Notes: a model not told the origin generated them from the letters alone. A stretch of DNA of 64,000 nucleotides from Deltaproteobacteria bacterium (GCA_015492245.1 WGFM01000006.1:13418-77417), one strand, 5' to 3'. Shown: positions 49,884 to 60,001, counted from the stretch's first letter. Made by a program: numbers and translations.

Positions 49884-51050
49884 ATGAAGAACAGACGCGT
49901 AATTGTGGCAATGAGCGGAGGGGTGGACTCCTCGGTGGCAGCCATCCTTCTGAAAAGGGCTGGCCACGAGGTGATAGGCATATCCATGCAGTTGTGGGAC
50001 TACTCGGAAAAGGAAGACCTGTCAGCAACCAGGGGTAGCTGCTGCTCACTTGAGGACATATGGGATGCCAGAAGGGTGGCCGAGACCATCGGCATACCAT
50101 TCTATGTGCTCAACATGGAGAAGGTCTTCTCCAAAGAGGTGGTGGACTACTTCGTGAAGAGCTACCTTACAGGTGAAACCCCAAACCCGTGTGTAAAGTG
50201 CAACTCGGAGATAAAGTTCAACATCCTCTTAAGAAAGGCATTTGAGCTCGGTGCAGAATATGTTGCAACAGGCCACTATGCAAGGATAGTAAAGGATGCA
50301 TCCGGCAGGTACCACCTCTTAAGTGGCGTGGACAGGACAAAAGACCAGTCCTACTTTCTGTTCAGCCTCACCCAGAATACCATGGCGCATGTGCTATTCC
50401 CTCTGGGAGAGCTGACAAAGACAGAGGTAAGAAAGATAGCAAAAGAGGCAGGGCTCAAGGTCTCAGAGAAGGGCGAAAGCCAGGAGATATGCTTCGTAGA
50501 AGATGGCAACTACCGTAACCTCCTTGCAGAGCGGGCAGGCACAAGGGAAGGCAGAATTGTGGACACCAGTGGCACTCTTCTGGGCCACCACACAGGGCTC
50601 TTTGGATACACCATAGGCCAGAGAAGAGGGCTCAACATAAAAGACGGCAAGGGGCCATACTATGTGGTCTCTATGGATACAGAGAGAAACGAGCTCATTG
50701 TGGGCAGAAAGGAAGAACTCCTTTCCTGTGGGCTTTATGCACGGGAGCTCAACTGGATAAAAGAGCCACCAGCGGCACCTCTTACCGTTGAGGCCAGGAT
50801 TCGCTACCGCCACAGCCCTGTGGATGCCATCGTTACACCACGCACCGACGGTGGGGCCGTGGTCAGGTTCTTGAGCCCACAGGGGGCTGTAACCCCGGGG
50901 CAGGCTGTGGTATTCTACAGGGATGAGGAGGTCCTCGGGGGCGGATGGATAGAAAGGGCCATAAGGGAGTCTGATGAAAAGGATGCAGAAGAGCTTTGCA
51001 ATCAAGACCCTCGGGTGCAGGGCAAACCAGTACGATTCCACAGCCCTTGA
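49884..51050 (+). CDS. mnmA: tRNA 2-thiouridine(34) synthase
   Basis: [15 protein letters not shown]-loop and catalytic Cys residues. The start is taken downstream of the terminator; the ORF-track start at 49854 lies inside the hairpin. Confidence 0.9.
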   Translation: MKNRRVIVAMSGGVDSSVAAILLKRAGHEVIGISMQLWDYSEKEDLSATRGSCCSLEDIWDARRVAETIGIPFYVLNMEKVFSKEVVDYFVKSYLTGETPNPCVKCNSEIKFNILLRKAFELGAEYVATGHYARIVKDASGRYHLLSGVDRTKDQSYFLFSLTQNTMAHVLFPLGELTKTEVRKIAKEAGLKVSEKGESQEICFVEDGNYRNLLAERAGTREGRIVDTSGTLLGHHTGLFGYTIGQRRGLNIKDGKGPYYVVSMDTERNELIVGRKEELLSCGLYARELNWIKEPPAAPLTVEARIRYRHSPVDAIVTPRTDGGAVVRFLSPQGAVTPGQAVVFYRDEEVLGGGWIERAIRESDEKDAEELCNQDPRVQGKPVRFHSP

Positions 51051-52329
51051 GGACATGCTCAAGGACCAGGGGCTTGAGAAGGTGGAGCTTCACGAAAGAG
51101 CGGATGTATACATAGTGAACACCTGCACCGTAACATCGAAGACAGACAGCGAGGCACGCCAGCTCATACGCAGGTTAAGGCGCACAGGCCCTGGCTCTGT
51201 CATAATAGTTACAGGCTGCTATGCACAGGTATATCCCGAGAGGATAAAGGAGCTGGGCTGTGTGGACTACATCCTCGGCAACCCTGACAAGGCACGAATC
51301 ATCGAGTGCATAAGGGCTGGTAGGACATCGGAAGGCCGCCTCATTGTGAGCGACTTCGAGGGGGGCACCCCCCTAACACTCCGTATAAGAAGACCCTCTG
51401 CAAGGACAAGGGTGAACCTCAAGGTGCAGGATGGATGCAACAGGAGTTGCTCCTACTGTATAATACCGAGGGCAAGGGGGAAATCGAAGAGCCTTCCCAT
51501 CGCAGATGTGCTGGAGGAGATAGAGACACTCATCGAGCAGGGAGTAAAGGAGTTTGTCCTTACGGGCATACACCTGGGGGGCTACGGGCCTGACCTTACC
51601 CCACCGATGGACATAACAGGGCTTGTGAGGACCATAGAGGAGCGTGGCTATCCTGCAAGGTTCAGGATAAGCTCCTTGGACCCAGATGAGCTTACAGACG
51701 AACTCATAGAGGTCCTCTCATCTGCAAGGACCATATGCCCCCATCTGCACCTGCCCCTTCAGAGCGGGGATGATAAAATACTGAGGCTTATGCGTAGACC
51801 CTATACAGCAGGTCTCTTCAGACAGAAGGTCTCAAGCCTTCTCGAAAGCGTAAGGGATATTGCCATAGGGGTGGACATCATGGTGGGTTTCCCGGGGGAA
51901 GGGGAAAGAGAGTTCCTTACCAGCGTAAGGCTCTTAGAAGAGCTGCCCATATCCTACATGCACATCTTTCCCTACTCAAAGCGGTCTGGAACAGTGGCAA
52001 CAAACCTTCCAGGCCAGGTAGACGGAAAAACAGTAAGGCAGAGGGTGGCACGGCTTAAAGAGCTTGACAGAGAAAAACGGCTCTCCTTCTGCAGGGCATC
52101 TGTAGGGTCCGTAAGAAAGGTCATAGTCGAGTCCACAAGGGACAAGAAGACCGGGCTTCTCTGTGGCAGGACGGAAAACTACATACCCACCCTGCTCGAT
52201 GGCGACGATACGCTTATGGGAAAGGAGGTAATGGTACGGCTCACAGGACCTGCCCCATCGGGCATGAGAGGCATGGTGTATGAGAAGACAGAGGCTTTTA
52301 AAGAGACTTCAAGAGAGGCTGCAGGTTGA
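50983..52329 (+). CDS. mtaB: Radical SAM methylthiotransferase, MtaB-like (tRNA t6A37 methylthiotransferase)
   Basis: MTTase N-terminal Cys triad (C..C..C in [16 protein letters not shown]), radical SAM CSYCIIP and a C-terminal TRAM-like domain. Confidence 0.75.
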   Translation: MQKSFAIKTLGCRANQYDSTALEDMLKDQGLEKVELHERADVYIVNTCTVTSKTDSEARQLIRRLRRTGPGSVIIVTGCYAQVYPERIKELGCVDYILGNPDKARIIECIRAGRTSEGRLIVSDFEGGTPLTLRIRRPSARTRVNLKVQDGCNRSCSYCIIPRARGKSKSLPIADVLEEIETLIEQGVKEFVLTGIHLGGYGPDLTPPMDITGLVRTIEERGYPARFRISSLDPDELTDELIEVLSSARTICPHLHLPLQSGDDKILRLMRRPYTAGLFRQKVSSLLESVRDIAIGVDIMVGFPGEGEREFLTSVRLLEELPISYMHIFPYSKRSGTVATNLPGQVDGKTVRQRVARLKELDREKRLSFCRASVGSVRKVIVESTRDKKTGLLCGRTENYIPTLLDGDDTLMGKEVMVRLTGPAPSGMRGMVYEKTEAFKETSREAAG

Positions 52330-52993
52330 GTTCAAAGACAGGGCTCTGCTTGAAGGTGTGTTTGTGCACAGCTCCTATGCAAACGAGAGGAAAGAGGATG
52401 GCCTGGAGTCGAACGAGCGGCTTGAGTTCCTGGGAGATGCCATACTCTCTGCAGTCATAAGTGATATGGTCTACAGGGCCTTTCCCCATCTTGACGAAGG
52501 CAGACTCACACGAATACGGGCACGGGTGGTCAACCGAAAGGTGCTGGCAGGTGTTTCAACAGGGCTTGGCCTGGGTGAACTGCTTCTACTCGGCAGGGGC
52601 GAGGAGAAGGCAGGCGGCAGGAAGAATGCAGCCATACTGGCCGACACACTTGAGGCACTCTTTGCAGCAATATATCTCCACAGGGGATACAGAAAGACCT
52701 GCCAGACCATAAAGAGGCTCTTTTCACCCCTTGTGGCCCTGTATTCAGAAAAAGAGGTCTACTTCGACTTCAAACCCATACTGCAGGAGATGGCACAGAA
52801 ACACTTCAAAGAGGCACCCACCTACAGGGTGGTAAAGGAAGAGGGGCCGTCTCACAGAAGGATATTCTCCGTGGAGGTGCTCCTTAAGGGCAGGGTGCTG
52901 GGCAGGGCAAGGGCAGGCAGAAAGAAGACTGCAGAGCAGCTTTCCGCACGCTCTGCCATAGAGGTTCTGAAAAAAGAGGGCTACACACTTTAG
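52280..52993 (+). CDS. rnc: Ribonuclease III
   Basis: ERLEFLGDAIL catalytic signature and a C-terminal dsRBD. Confidence 0.9.
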   Translation: MRRQRLLKRLQERLQVEFKDRALLEGVFVHSSYANERKEDGLESNERLEFLGDAILSAVISDMVYRAFPHLDEGRLTRIRARVVNRKVLAGVSTGLGLGELLLLGRGEEKAGGRKNAAILADTLEALFAAIYLHRGYRKTCQTIKRLFSPLVALYSEKEVYFDFKPILQEMAQKHFKEAPTYRVVKEEGPSHRRIFSVEVLLKGRVLGRARAGRKKTAEQLSARSAIEVLKKEGYTL

Positions 52994-53001
52994 ACTCTAC
53001 C

Positions 53002-53859
53002 ATGGCTCGAAAGAAACAACTCATAATACCCGTGTTCATACCCTTTGCAGGGTGCCCCCACAGGTGTATCTACTGCAACCAGCAAAAGATTACCTCAACC
53101 AGCGGACTGCCAGCCATAGAAGAGGTGGAAGAGATGGTATGGCGCTATCTTTCCACATGGAAGGGCAGCGGCAGGAAGGAGCTCGCCTTCTATGGTGGCA
53201 CATTCACAGCCCTGCCACATGTAGTGCAACAAGGCTATCTCGAGTGTGCCAGAAGACTCATGGAAAGAGGGGCTGTAGACTCTGTGCGCATCTCCACAAG
53301 GCCCGATTGTGTGGACAAGGGGACAGTCGAGTCTCTATGCTCCTATGGGGTGGAGACCGTGGAGCTTGGGGCACAGTCCATGGTGGATGAGGTGCTCAGG
53401 CTTATAGAGCGGGGCCATAGTGGCGCAGATACCATAGAGGCCGTTAAGGTGCTGAAAGCAGCGGACATGACCGTGGGCATACAGATTATGCCAGGGCTTC
53501 CAGGGGACACAGAAGATACGGTCCTCGAGACGGCACAAAAGGTTATGGCCCTGAGCCCCCAGCTTGTGAGGATATACCCTGCGCTGGTTATAAAGGATAC
53601 ACCCCTTGAAAGGCTGTTCAGAGAGGGCAGCTACACACCCTGGCCGCTTGAGAAGATGGTGCGTCTCTGTGCCCGCCTTTACAGGCTCTTTACGGCAGAG
53701 GGTATAAGGGTCATAAGGATGGGGCTGCAGCCCACAGAAGGGCTCCTAAGGAGCCTTATCTCTGGCCCATTCCATCCTGCCTTCGGTGGGCTCGTAAGAA
53801 AAAGGGCAGCATCAATGGCCTCCACCCCTTCTGTGCCATCTGTAGAGTATGGGAAGTAG
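53002..53859 (+). CDS. Radical SAM protein, ELP3-like family (no acetyltransferase domain)
   Basis: VFIPFAGCPHRCIYCNQ Cys triad near the N-terminus, about 285 aa. Confidence 0.5.
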   Translation: MARKKQLIIPVFIPFAGCPHRCIYCNQQKITSTSGLPAIEEVEEMVWRYLSTWKGSGRKELAFYGGTFTALPHVVQQGYLECARRLMERGAVDSVRISTRPDCVDKGTVESLCSYGVETVELGAQSMVDEVLRLIERGHSGADTIEAVKVLKAADMTVGIQIMPGLPGDTEDTVLETAQKVMALSPQLVRIYPALVIKDTPLERLFREGSYTPWPLEKMVRLCARLYRLFTAEGIRVIRMGLQPTEGLLRSLISGPFHPAFGGLVRKRAASMASTPSVPSVEYGK

Positions 53860-54480
53860 CGAGACAAGGGCCACAAGCCCGAGACCTGCCAGGAACTCCC
53901 ACCGCACCTCGCCCTCCACAAGCAGTGCAAAGAAGGAGTCTGAAAACACCACATATGCCACAACCCCTGGCAGCATGAATATGAATGATGCCACCACATA
54001 GTGGCTCAACCTTATACCTGTAAGCCCGAAGGCATAGTTAAGAAGGTTGAAAGGGAAGAGGGGTATGAGCCTTGTAAATGCCACCACCTTCCAGCCCTGT
54101 CTTTCCACCTCTCTGTCGAGCCCCTCAAGGTGGGTGCCCCTTATCTTCTCTTCCACCCATTCTCTTCCAAGGTGTCTTGCAACGAGGAACGCCACAGTTG
54201 CCCCCATGGTAGCCCCAATGGAGGCATAGACCACACCCCAGAGGGGACCAAACAGTATACCACCTGTAACGGTAAGTGGCAGCCCCGGGCTCATAAGGGC
54301 AGGGGCAACAGAGTATATGAGTATGTATATTAGGGGGCCCCACATGCCGTATCCCTCTATCCACCCCTTGAGGCCTTCTTCATCGAGGTATCCGCTGGCA
54401 CCAAGCCATCGCACAAAGAGCGCACCACCTATCGCAAGGGTTGCAAGTGCCATGAACTTAAGCCCTGCCCTGTTCATCAT
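53812..54480 (-). CDS. TVP38/TMEM64 (DedA-related) family membrane protein
   Basis: About 5 TM segments and the G..Y.....P motif region of the TVP38/YdjX family. Confidence 0.65.
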   Translation of the reverse strand: MMNRAGLKFMALATLAIGGALFVRWLGASGYLDEEGLKGWIEGYGMWGPLIYILIYSVAPALMSPGLPLTVTGGILFGPLWGVVYASIGATMGATVAFLVARHLGREWVEEKIRGTHLEGLDREVERQGWKVVAFTRLIPLFPFNLLNYAFGLTGIRLSHYVVASFIFMLPGVVAYVVFSDSFFALLVEGEVRWEFLAGLGLVALVSLLPILYRWHRRGGGH

Positions 54481-54609
54481 GGCAGACCCCTATTTATAAG
54501 CCATCTGGGCGGCCAGTCGCTGAAAAGTCTCTCCATACGATACTACTCCAGCCCTGCAATCTCTGTGCTGGTGTGGACAGAATATGCCAGACCAATTATA
54601 CCAGGCTGT

Positions 54610-55527
54610 TCAGGGCTTGTGTGGCTTTGCCGTCTCCATAAACCGGAGGGTCTCTTCCAGCGTGGGTATCCCCTTTCTGCCGGTAAGACTTCTGCACTTA
54701 AGGGCTGCAAAGGCAGAGGCAAACCTCAGGACTCTTTCCATCTCCCAGCCCATGAGTAACCCATAGATGTAACCACCATGGAACACATCGCCTGCCCCTG
54801 TGGTGTCCACCACATCCTCCACCATGTAGGCAGGCTGTTCTATGAGCCTGCCCCTGTAGAGGGTAATGCTTCCTCTCAAGCCAATGGTTATGGTTATGGC
54901 ACAGGAGTCTGGATATTTGCGCGAAAGCCTCTCGGCTGCCTTTACAGGGTCTGGCTCCACCTGACAGGCAAAGTCCTCTGAGCCCACAATATAGTCCACA
55001 AGGGGAAGGAGCTCTTCCATACCTGGATACATCCTGTCTGCATCTATCATGGCGGGTATGCCCTCTCTTCTTGCAATCCCGAGGGCCTTTAGGATTGCCT
55101 CCTTCATGTAGCCATCTGCAAGTAGAAAGCCAACCCCACAGAAGGCCTCTTCTTTTACATCCTCACTTGAGAGCACACCCACCGTTGGCCTCTGCCACAG
55201 GATCGTTCTTGTGCCGTTCTGCCTGTTTACTATTATGAAGGAACGCTGTGAGACGCCGCCATCTCTTACCACCATGAACTCTGTTGATACCCCTTCTTTC
55301 CTGAACCGCTCTATTATCTCAGAGCCATCCCTGTCGGCGGCAACTATACCGATCATCCTTGTGTTCACACCAAGCCTTGCAAGGCTTACAAGGGCCGTTG
55401 CAACCTGCCCACCACCTTCGATCGCAAGCTCTATGGCCTCCCTTTTCGTATTCTCATCGGGGAAGCCATCGGAAAGGGCAAAGTAGTCCATACAGCATTG
55501 TCCAACCCCGAGCACAACCTTTTCCAC
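54610..55527 (-). CDS. PfkB family carbohydrate/nucleoside kinase (ribokinase-like)
   Basis: N-terminal GG dipeptide motif and C-terminal DTTGAGDVFHGG. Confidence 0.75.
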   Translation of the reverse strand: MEKVVLGVGQCCMDYFALSDGFPDENTKREAIELAIEGGGQVATALVSLARLGVNTRMIGIVAADRDGSEIIERFRKEGVSTEFMVVRDGGVSQRSFIIVNRQNGTRTILWQRPTVGVLSSEDVKEEAFCGVGFLLADGYMKEAILKALGIARREGIPAMIDADRMYPGMEELLPLVDYIVGSEDFACQVEPDPVKAAERLSRKYPDSCAITITIGLRGSITLYRGRLIEQPAYMVEDVVDTTGAGDVFHGGYIYGLLMGWEMERVLRFASAFAALKCRSLTGRKGIPTLEETLRFMETAKPHKP

Positions 55528-55530
55528 AGG

Positions 55531-55956
55531 TTATTCTCCCACAAGCTGCACTACTATGCGTCTCTTTCTGGGACGGTTGTCGAAGTCCATGAAGACTATC
55601 TGCTGCCATGTGCCGAGAAGGAGTGCTCTGTCCAGAAAGGGGATGGTAATGCCGGGCTTGAGAAGGGCTGCACGCACATGGGAGAACCCGTTGCCATCGT
55701 GCCAGCGCTCATCATGGCGATAGGCCACATCAGAGGGCACAAGCCTCTCTATGGCCTGCCTCAGGTCCTCTATGACACCCTCTTCGTACTCTATGGTGGT
55801 TACAGAGGCGGTTGAGCCTGGCACAAAGACAGAGAGAAGCCCCTCTGTGAGCCCGCTCTCAAGAAGAGCCCTTCTCACACTCTCTGTTATGTCCACAATG
55901 TGGGTGAACCCACGGGAGCTCAGCTCTATGAAAGCTGTGTGAACCATGGTATTCAT
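55531..55956 (-). CDS. YjbQ family protein (UPF0047, secondary thiamine-phosphate synthase enzyme)
   Basis: 141 aa. The H.R..L.....IP pattern typical of the YjbQ family. Confidence 0.75.
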   Translation of the reverse strand: MNTMVHTAFIELSSRGFTHIVDITESVRRALLESGLTEGLLSVFVPGSTASVTTIEYEEGVIEDLRQAIERLVPSDVAYRHDERWHDGNGFSHVRAALLKPGITIPFLDRALLLGTWQQIVFMDFDNRPRKRRIVVQLVGE

Positions 55957-56060
55957 ATAGATAGCACATAGCCCACCATTTAATCAACAATTGTCTTGCC
56001 TTTGTGGGGCAGTCTCTATTATGATAGAAAATATCCTGCAGTAAAGGAGGTGTTCCTGCC

Positions 56061-56792
56061 ATGAAGAAGGTGGCATTGTTGACCATCCTGCTGTGCACTA
56101 TTGTGTCTACAGAGCTACTTGCAGGCATGTATATCAAAAAGGAGGTTGGCAGAGACCAGACCGAAGAACTGTTCCTTGAAGGCGGCAGGATGAAGATAGT
56201 GCTTGGTTATGCCGGTATGGGCCCCATACAGGTAAGTATTGTTGACACCCGAAAGGAGCGGTTCGTCCTCGTCCAGCCGGCAAGGAAGGTGTATCTTGTT
56301 ACCACATTCGAGGAATACATGAAATTTCTTAAAGACATGCAGAAGCAGATGAAGATGCCCAATCCCTCTGAGATACCCTTTGCAGCCGGGGAGGATGAAG
56401 AAAAAAGAAGCTACAGGGGCAAGGGCGAGACCATTGCAGGATACTCGACCAGGGTGCTCGTAGTAGAGAAAGGGGGCAGGGAGATAGAGCGCAGATGGGT
56501 ATCTGAGAAGTTCATAAGGGACATGTTGAAAGAGATAGACTTCGAAAGACTTGGCACCCTGGGTGCTTCGGCCGGCACACTGGCAGACATATCGAAGGCA
56601 GAGAGCATAAAGGCCATGGCAGAAGAGATGCCACTTAAGGAGGTAAACCTTCTTAACAGAATGGCCACCACCGTTGTAAAGGTGGAACACAAGAGCCTGC
56701 CTGCCTCCACATTCAATCCCCCGAAGGGATACAAAAAGGTTGGCATGAAGGAATACTTCTTCCCCGGTGGAAATATGCCCTTTGGGCACTGA
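56061..56792 (+). CDS. Secreted hypothetical protein (signal peptide, possible DUF4412-like)
   Basis: MKKVALLTILLCTIVSTELLA signal. An AAAGGAGGTG RBS. Confidence 0.4.
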   Translation: MKKVALLTILLCTIVSTELLAGMYIKKEVGRDQTEELFLEGGRMKIVLGYAGMGPIQVSIVDTRKERFVLVQPARKVYLVTTFEEYMKFLKDMQKQMKMPNPSEIPFAAGEDEEKRSYRGKGETIAGYSTRVLVVEKGGREIERRWVSEKFIRDMLKEIDFERLGTLGASAGTLADISKAESIKAMAEEMPLKEVNLLNRMATTVVKVEHKSLPASTFNPPKGYKKVGMKEYFFPGGNMPFGH

Positions 56793-56920
56793 TTATTCGA
56801 ACCTTGCGAACTCATCCACATCCATGCGAAATGTCCGTGGCAGAGGCTCCGTGCCCTTTTTCAGGTAGCCCACTGCATCTGAAATACGGCAGGTGTCAAG
56901 AAATCGTGCCAGAGATTTTG

Positions 56921-56929
56921 TGGTATAAT
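56921..56929 (+). promoter_or_regulatory. Extended -10 promoter element TGgTATAAT upstream of the rhomboid gene
   Basis: Consensus TATAAT at 56924..56929 with TG at -15/-14, 14 nt upstream of the ATG. Confidence 0.45.
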
Positions 56930-56943
56930 CTGAATCAGAAGAG

Positions 56944-57606
56944 ATGATACCACTTAAAGATGACAATCCAACCTACAGCTATCCCTATGTTACTGTAGGA
57001 CTCATTACAATGAACACCCTCATATTCCTGTTCCAGCTCCTTCTCGGCCCCGAGCGCTTTGCCATATTTGTGCTCATAACGGGTGCCATACCCTATGAGA
57101 TTGTCAACCTTGTTGACATCTATCCAGAAGACCTTGTGCCCCCGCCCTTTACCCTTCTTACTGCCATGTTTGTTCACGGAGGCCTGTTTCATCTTCTTGG
57201 CAACATGCTTTATCTGTGGATATTTGGCGACAACATAGAGGACAGGCTGGGACACTTGAGGTTTCTCATCTTCTATCTCTTTACAGGTGTTATGGCAAGC
57301 CTTGCACATATACTCATCAACCCTGGCTCCACGGTGCCGATGATAGGCGCCAGTGGTGCCATAGCAGGCATACTGGGGGCCTATTTTGTGCTCTTTCCCA
57401 GGGCAGGTGTCATAACGCTGCTGTGGTTCTTCTTCTTTATAGAGATAGTAAGGATACCGGCCCTGGTCTTCCTGGGACTGTGGTTCGCATTCCAGCTTTT
57501 GAGCTCAGGACTTGGCGGTGGAATAGCCTGGTATGCACACATAGGCGGGTTCATAGTAGGGGCCATACTCATCCTTCTTGTCAGGCCACGACGAGGCAGA
57601 AGATAA
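56944..57606 (+). CDS. Rhomboid family intramembrane serine protease
   Basis: GASGAIAGILGAYF catalytic Ser motif and a downstream AHIGG catalytic His. Confidence 0.8.
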   Translation: MIPLKDDNPTYSYPYVTVGLITMNTLIFLFQLLLGPERFAIFVLITGAIPYEIVNLVDIYPEDLVPPPFTLLTAMFVHGGLFHLLGNMLYLWIFGDNIEDRLGHLRFLIFYLFTGVMASLAHILINPGSTVPMIGASGAIAGILGAYFVLFPRAGVITLLWFFFFIEIVRIPALVFLGLWFAFQLLSSGLGGGIAWYAHIGGFIVGAILILLVRPRRGRR

Positions 57607-57674
57607 AAAGGGCTTGACAGCCTTCTCTTTTTGAATTAGAATTGTTCAAAAGTTGGAATCGTTCTAAACAGTCG

Positions 57675-58100
57675 ATGCAAAAACAGATAGAGAAATACAG
57701 GAAGAAGGGGATGAAACTCACCCCCCAGAGGCTTGCCATACTCGAATACCTCGATGGCAACACAGCGCATCCCACTGCGGAGGACATCTACAGGGCTGTA
57801 AAGAAAAAACACCCCACCCTGTCCTTTGCAACTGTATACAACACCCTGCAGGCACTCGTAAACATGGGCGAGGTCATGGAGCTTACCATAGACCCTGAAC
57901 GCAAACACTTTGACCCAGACACCACACCACATCATCATGTCATATGCACCAGATGTGGCAGGATAGGCGATGTGTTCGTCGACTACTCGAGGAGGCTCGA
58001 ACTTCCAGAGGAGGTAACCAGGAGCTTCACCGTAACATCAAACCATATAGACTTCTATGGAGTATGTAAGAACTGTGAAAGAAAAAGGAGGACAAAATGA
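57675..58100 (+). CDS. perR: Fur family transcriptional regulator (PerR-like)
   Basis: LTPQRLAILEYL DNA-binding helix, HHHVIC, and CxxC..CxxC Zn sites (CTRCG, CKNCERK). It precedes a peroxidase operon. Confidence 0.75.
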   Translation: MQKQIEKYRKKGMKLTPQRLAILEYLDGNTAHPTAEDIYRAVKKKHPTLSFATVYNTLQALVNMGEVMELTIDPERKHFDPDTTPHHHVICTRCGRIGDVFVDYSRRLELPEEVTRSFTVTSNHIDFYGVCKNCERKRRTK

Positions 58101-59101
58101 TTCGCAAAGGCATCGAAACAGTGGCAATACTTGTTTTCATACTTGCTCCATATCTACCTTTACAGGCAGAGGACATCACAGAGATGTTCGCCCCCCTTCC
58201 AGAGATTGCACAGAGCAGGGAAAACCCTGTAACCCCGGAGAAGGTGGAACTTGGCAAACTCCTTTACTTCGAGCCAAGGCTCTCAAAAAGCGCTCTTATA
58301 AGTTGCAACAGCTGCCACAGCCTCACAACGGCCGGGGTGGACAACCTTCCAACCTCTGTTGGCCATGGCTGGCAGATAGGTGGACGCAATGCACCTACTG
58401 TGCTCAATGCAGCGGTGCTGGGCAGCCAGTTCTGGGATGGAAGAGCGAAGACGGTAGAGGAACAGGCAAAGGGACCAATAACCAACCCCATAGAGATGGC
58501 AGCCACAGAAGAGCTTGTGGTGAAAAGACTGAAGTCCATACCAGAGTATGTGGCCCTTTTCAAAAAAGTATTTCCCCAGGAAAAGGACCCCATAACACTG
58601 GACAACATGGCAAGGGCCATTGCCGCCTTCGAGAGAACCCTTATGACCCCCTCGCCTTTCGATGCCTATCTTAAAGGCGATAAAGAGGCACTCACAGAGG
58701 ATGCCAGAAAGGGGCTCAAGCTCTTTGTAAAAAAGGGTTGTGTCTTCTGTCATAACGGGGTTGGTGTGGGGGGCGATAGCTTTCAGAAGTTCGACTACGG
58801 CACAGACCAGGGTAGATACACCGTTACAAAGGACGAAAAGGATAAAAAGGTCTTCAGGGTGGCATCCCTCAGGAATGTGGCCATCACATACCCCTACTTC
58901 CATGATGGCAGCGTATGGAGCCTCGAAGAGGCGGTGAAGATAATGGCAAGAAAACAACTGGGCGTAAGGCTTGAAGACAGAGAGGTCAAATACATGGTGG
59001 CATTCCTTGAATCCCTTACAGGCAAGAGGCCAGATATAATTGTGCCAGTGCTTCCACCATCCACAGCCGAAACACCGAGACCAGATGTGAGCACAAACTA
59101 A
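58097..59101 (+). CDS. ccp: Di-heme cytochrome c peroxidase (CcpA/MauG family)
   Basis: Signal peptide and two CxxCH motifs (CNSCH, CVFCH). Conserved PFDAYLKGD region. Confidence 0.85.
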   Translation: MIRKGIETVAILVFILAPYLPLQAEDITEMFAPLPEIAQSRENPVTPEKVELGKLLYFEPRLSKSALISCNSCHSLTTAGVDNLPTSVGHGWQIGGRNAPTVLNAAVLGSQFWDGRAKTVEEQAKGPITNPIEMAATEELVVKRLKSIPEYVALFKKVFPQEKDPITLDNMARAIAAFERTLMTPSPFDAYLKGDKEALTEDARKGLKLFVKKGCVFCHNGVGVGGDSFQKFDYGTDQGRYTVTKDEKDKKVFRVASLRNVAITYPYFHDGSVWSLEEAVKIMARKQLGVRLEDREVKYMVAFLESLTGKRPDIIVPVLPPSTAETPRPDVSTN

Positions 59102-59121
59102 AACTATATCAAAGGAGGTAG

Positions 59122-59721
59122 TTGACCATGTCAGAAACAGCGGTACAGAAACCAGCACCAGACTTTACGGCACAGGCCGTGATGCCAGAGGGCTCTATAA
59201 AAGAGCTCAAGCTCTCTGACTACAGGGGCAATTATGTGGTCTTGTTTTTCTATCCCCTTGATTTCACCTTTGTATGTCCAACAGAAATCATCGCCTTCAG
59301 CGACAGGATAGAGGAGTTCAAAGAGCGCAACACAGAGGTCATCGGTGTGTCTGTGGACAGTGTCTACACCCATACAGCCTGGCGCAATACACCAAGAAAA
59401 AAGGGAGGCATAGGCGAGATAACCTACCCGCTTGTGGCAGACCTCAACAAGAGGATAGCCAGGAGCTACGGAGTCCTCCTTGAAGAGGCAGGCATAGCGC
59501 TTCGTGGACTCTTTGTGCTCGACCGTGATGGGGTGGTCAGACACATAACGGTAAACGACCTCCCGATAGGTAGGAATGTGGACGAGGTATTGAGAGTCAT
59601 AGATGCCGTACAGTTCTACGAGAAACATGGCGAGGTGTGTCCCGCAAACTGGGAGAAAGGAAAAGAAGGCATGAAGCCAGACCCAGAAGGACTTGAAGAG
59701 TATGCTAAATCACACTTCTAA
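59122..59721 (+). CDS. ahpC: Peroxiredoxin (typical 2-Cys, AhpC/Prx1 family)
   Basis: FTFVCPTEI peroxidatic Cys motif and a resolving Cys near the C-terminus (VCPANW). Confidence 0.9.
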   Translation: MTMSETAVQKPAPDFTAQAVMPEGSIKELKLSDYRGNYVVLFFYPLDFTFVCPTEIIAFSDRIEEFKERNTEVIGVSVDSVYTHTAWRNTPRKKGGIGEITYPLVADLNKRIARSYGVLLEEAGIALRGLFVLDRDGVVRHITVNDLPIGRNVDEVLRVIDAVQFYEKHGEVCPANWEKGKEGMKPDPEGLEEYAKSHF

Positions 59722-59753
59722 AACATGAAACAATCCAAGGAGGTAACAGGAAG

Positions 59754-59855
59754 ATGGCTCTATGGAAGTGTCAGAAATGCGGATACTCCAAGGAATCCAG
59801 GTGCAAACCGAGAAAGTGCCCCGAGTGCGAGGGCAGAGAGTTTGCCAAGGACTAA
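59754..59855 (+). CDS. 33-aa Cys4 (CxxC-x10-CxxC) rubredoxin/zinc-ribbon-like small protein
   Basis: ATG 7 nt after AAGGAGGT. Translation MALWKCQKCGYSKESRCKPRKCPECEGREFAKD*. It is not in the ORF track because it is under 60 aa. Confidence 0.5.
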   Translation: MALWKCQKCGYSKESRCKPRKCPECEGREFAKD

Positions 59856-59908
59856 AAGGGTCAGCTAACCAGGGCTGACATCAACTCAACCAAAACCCCT
59901 CAGCCCAT

Positions 59909-59968
59909 GGGGACGGCTTCCCAGAAATCCCGCCTTATCGAAAGTGGCCGTCCCCGCCGCTCTTTTTG
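59909..59968 (+). terminator. Terminator-like long stem (GGGGACGGC ... GCCGTCCCC) followed by CTCTTTTTG
   Basis: A 9-bp GC-rich inverted repeat with a 29-nt loop, then a T-run. A second 6-bp hairpin (GTCAGC/GCTGAC) lies at 59860..59879. Confidence 0.4.
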
Positions 59969-60001
59969 CCTGAACTTGCCCTGTGTGGCAAAAATAAATG
60001 G

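Noticed and set aside
56793-56920. Possible weak terminator (GGCA..TGCC plus CTTTTT) after the DUF4412-like gene
   Set aside because: The stem is only 4 bp and the pairing is ambiguous, which is not convincing. The nearby extended -10 promoter is reported instead.
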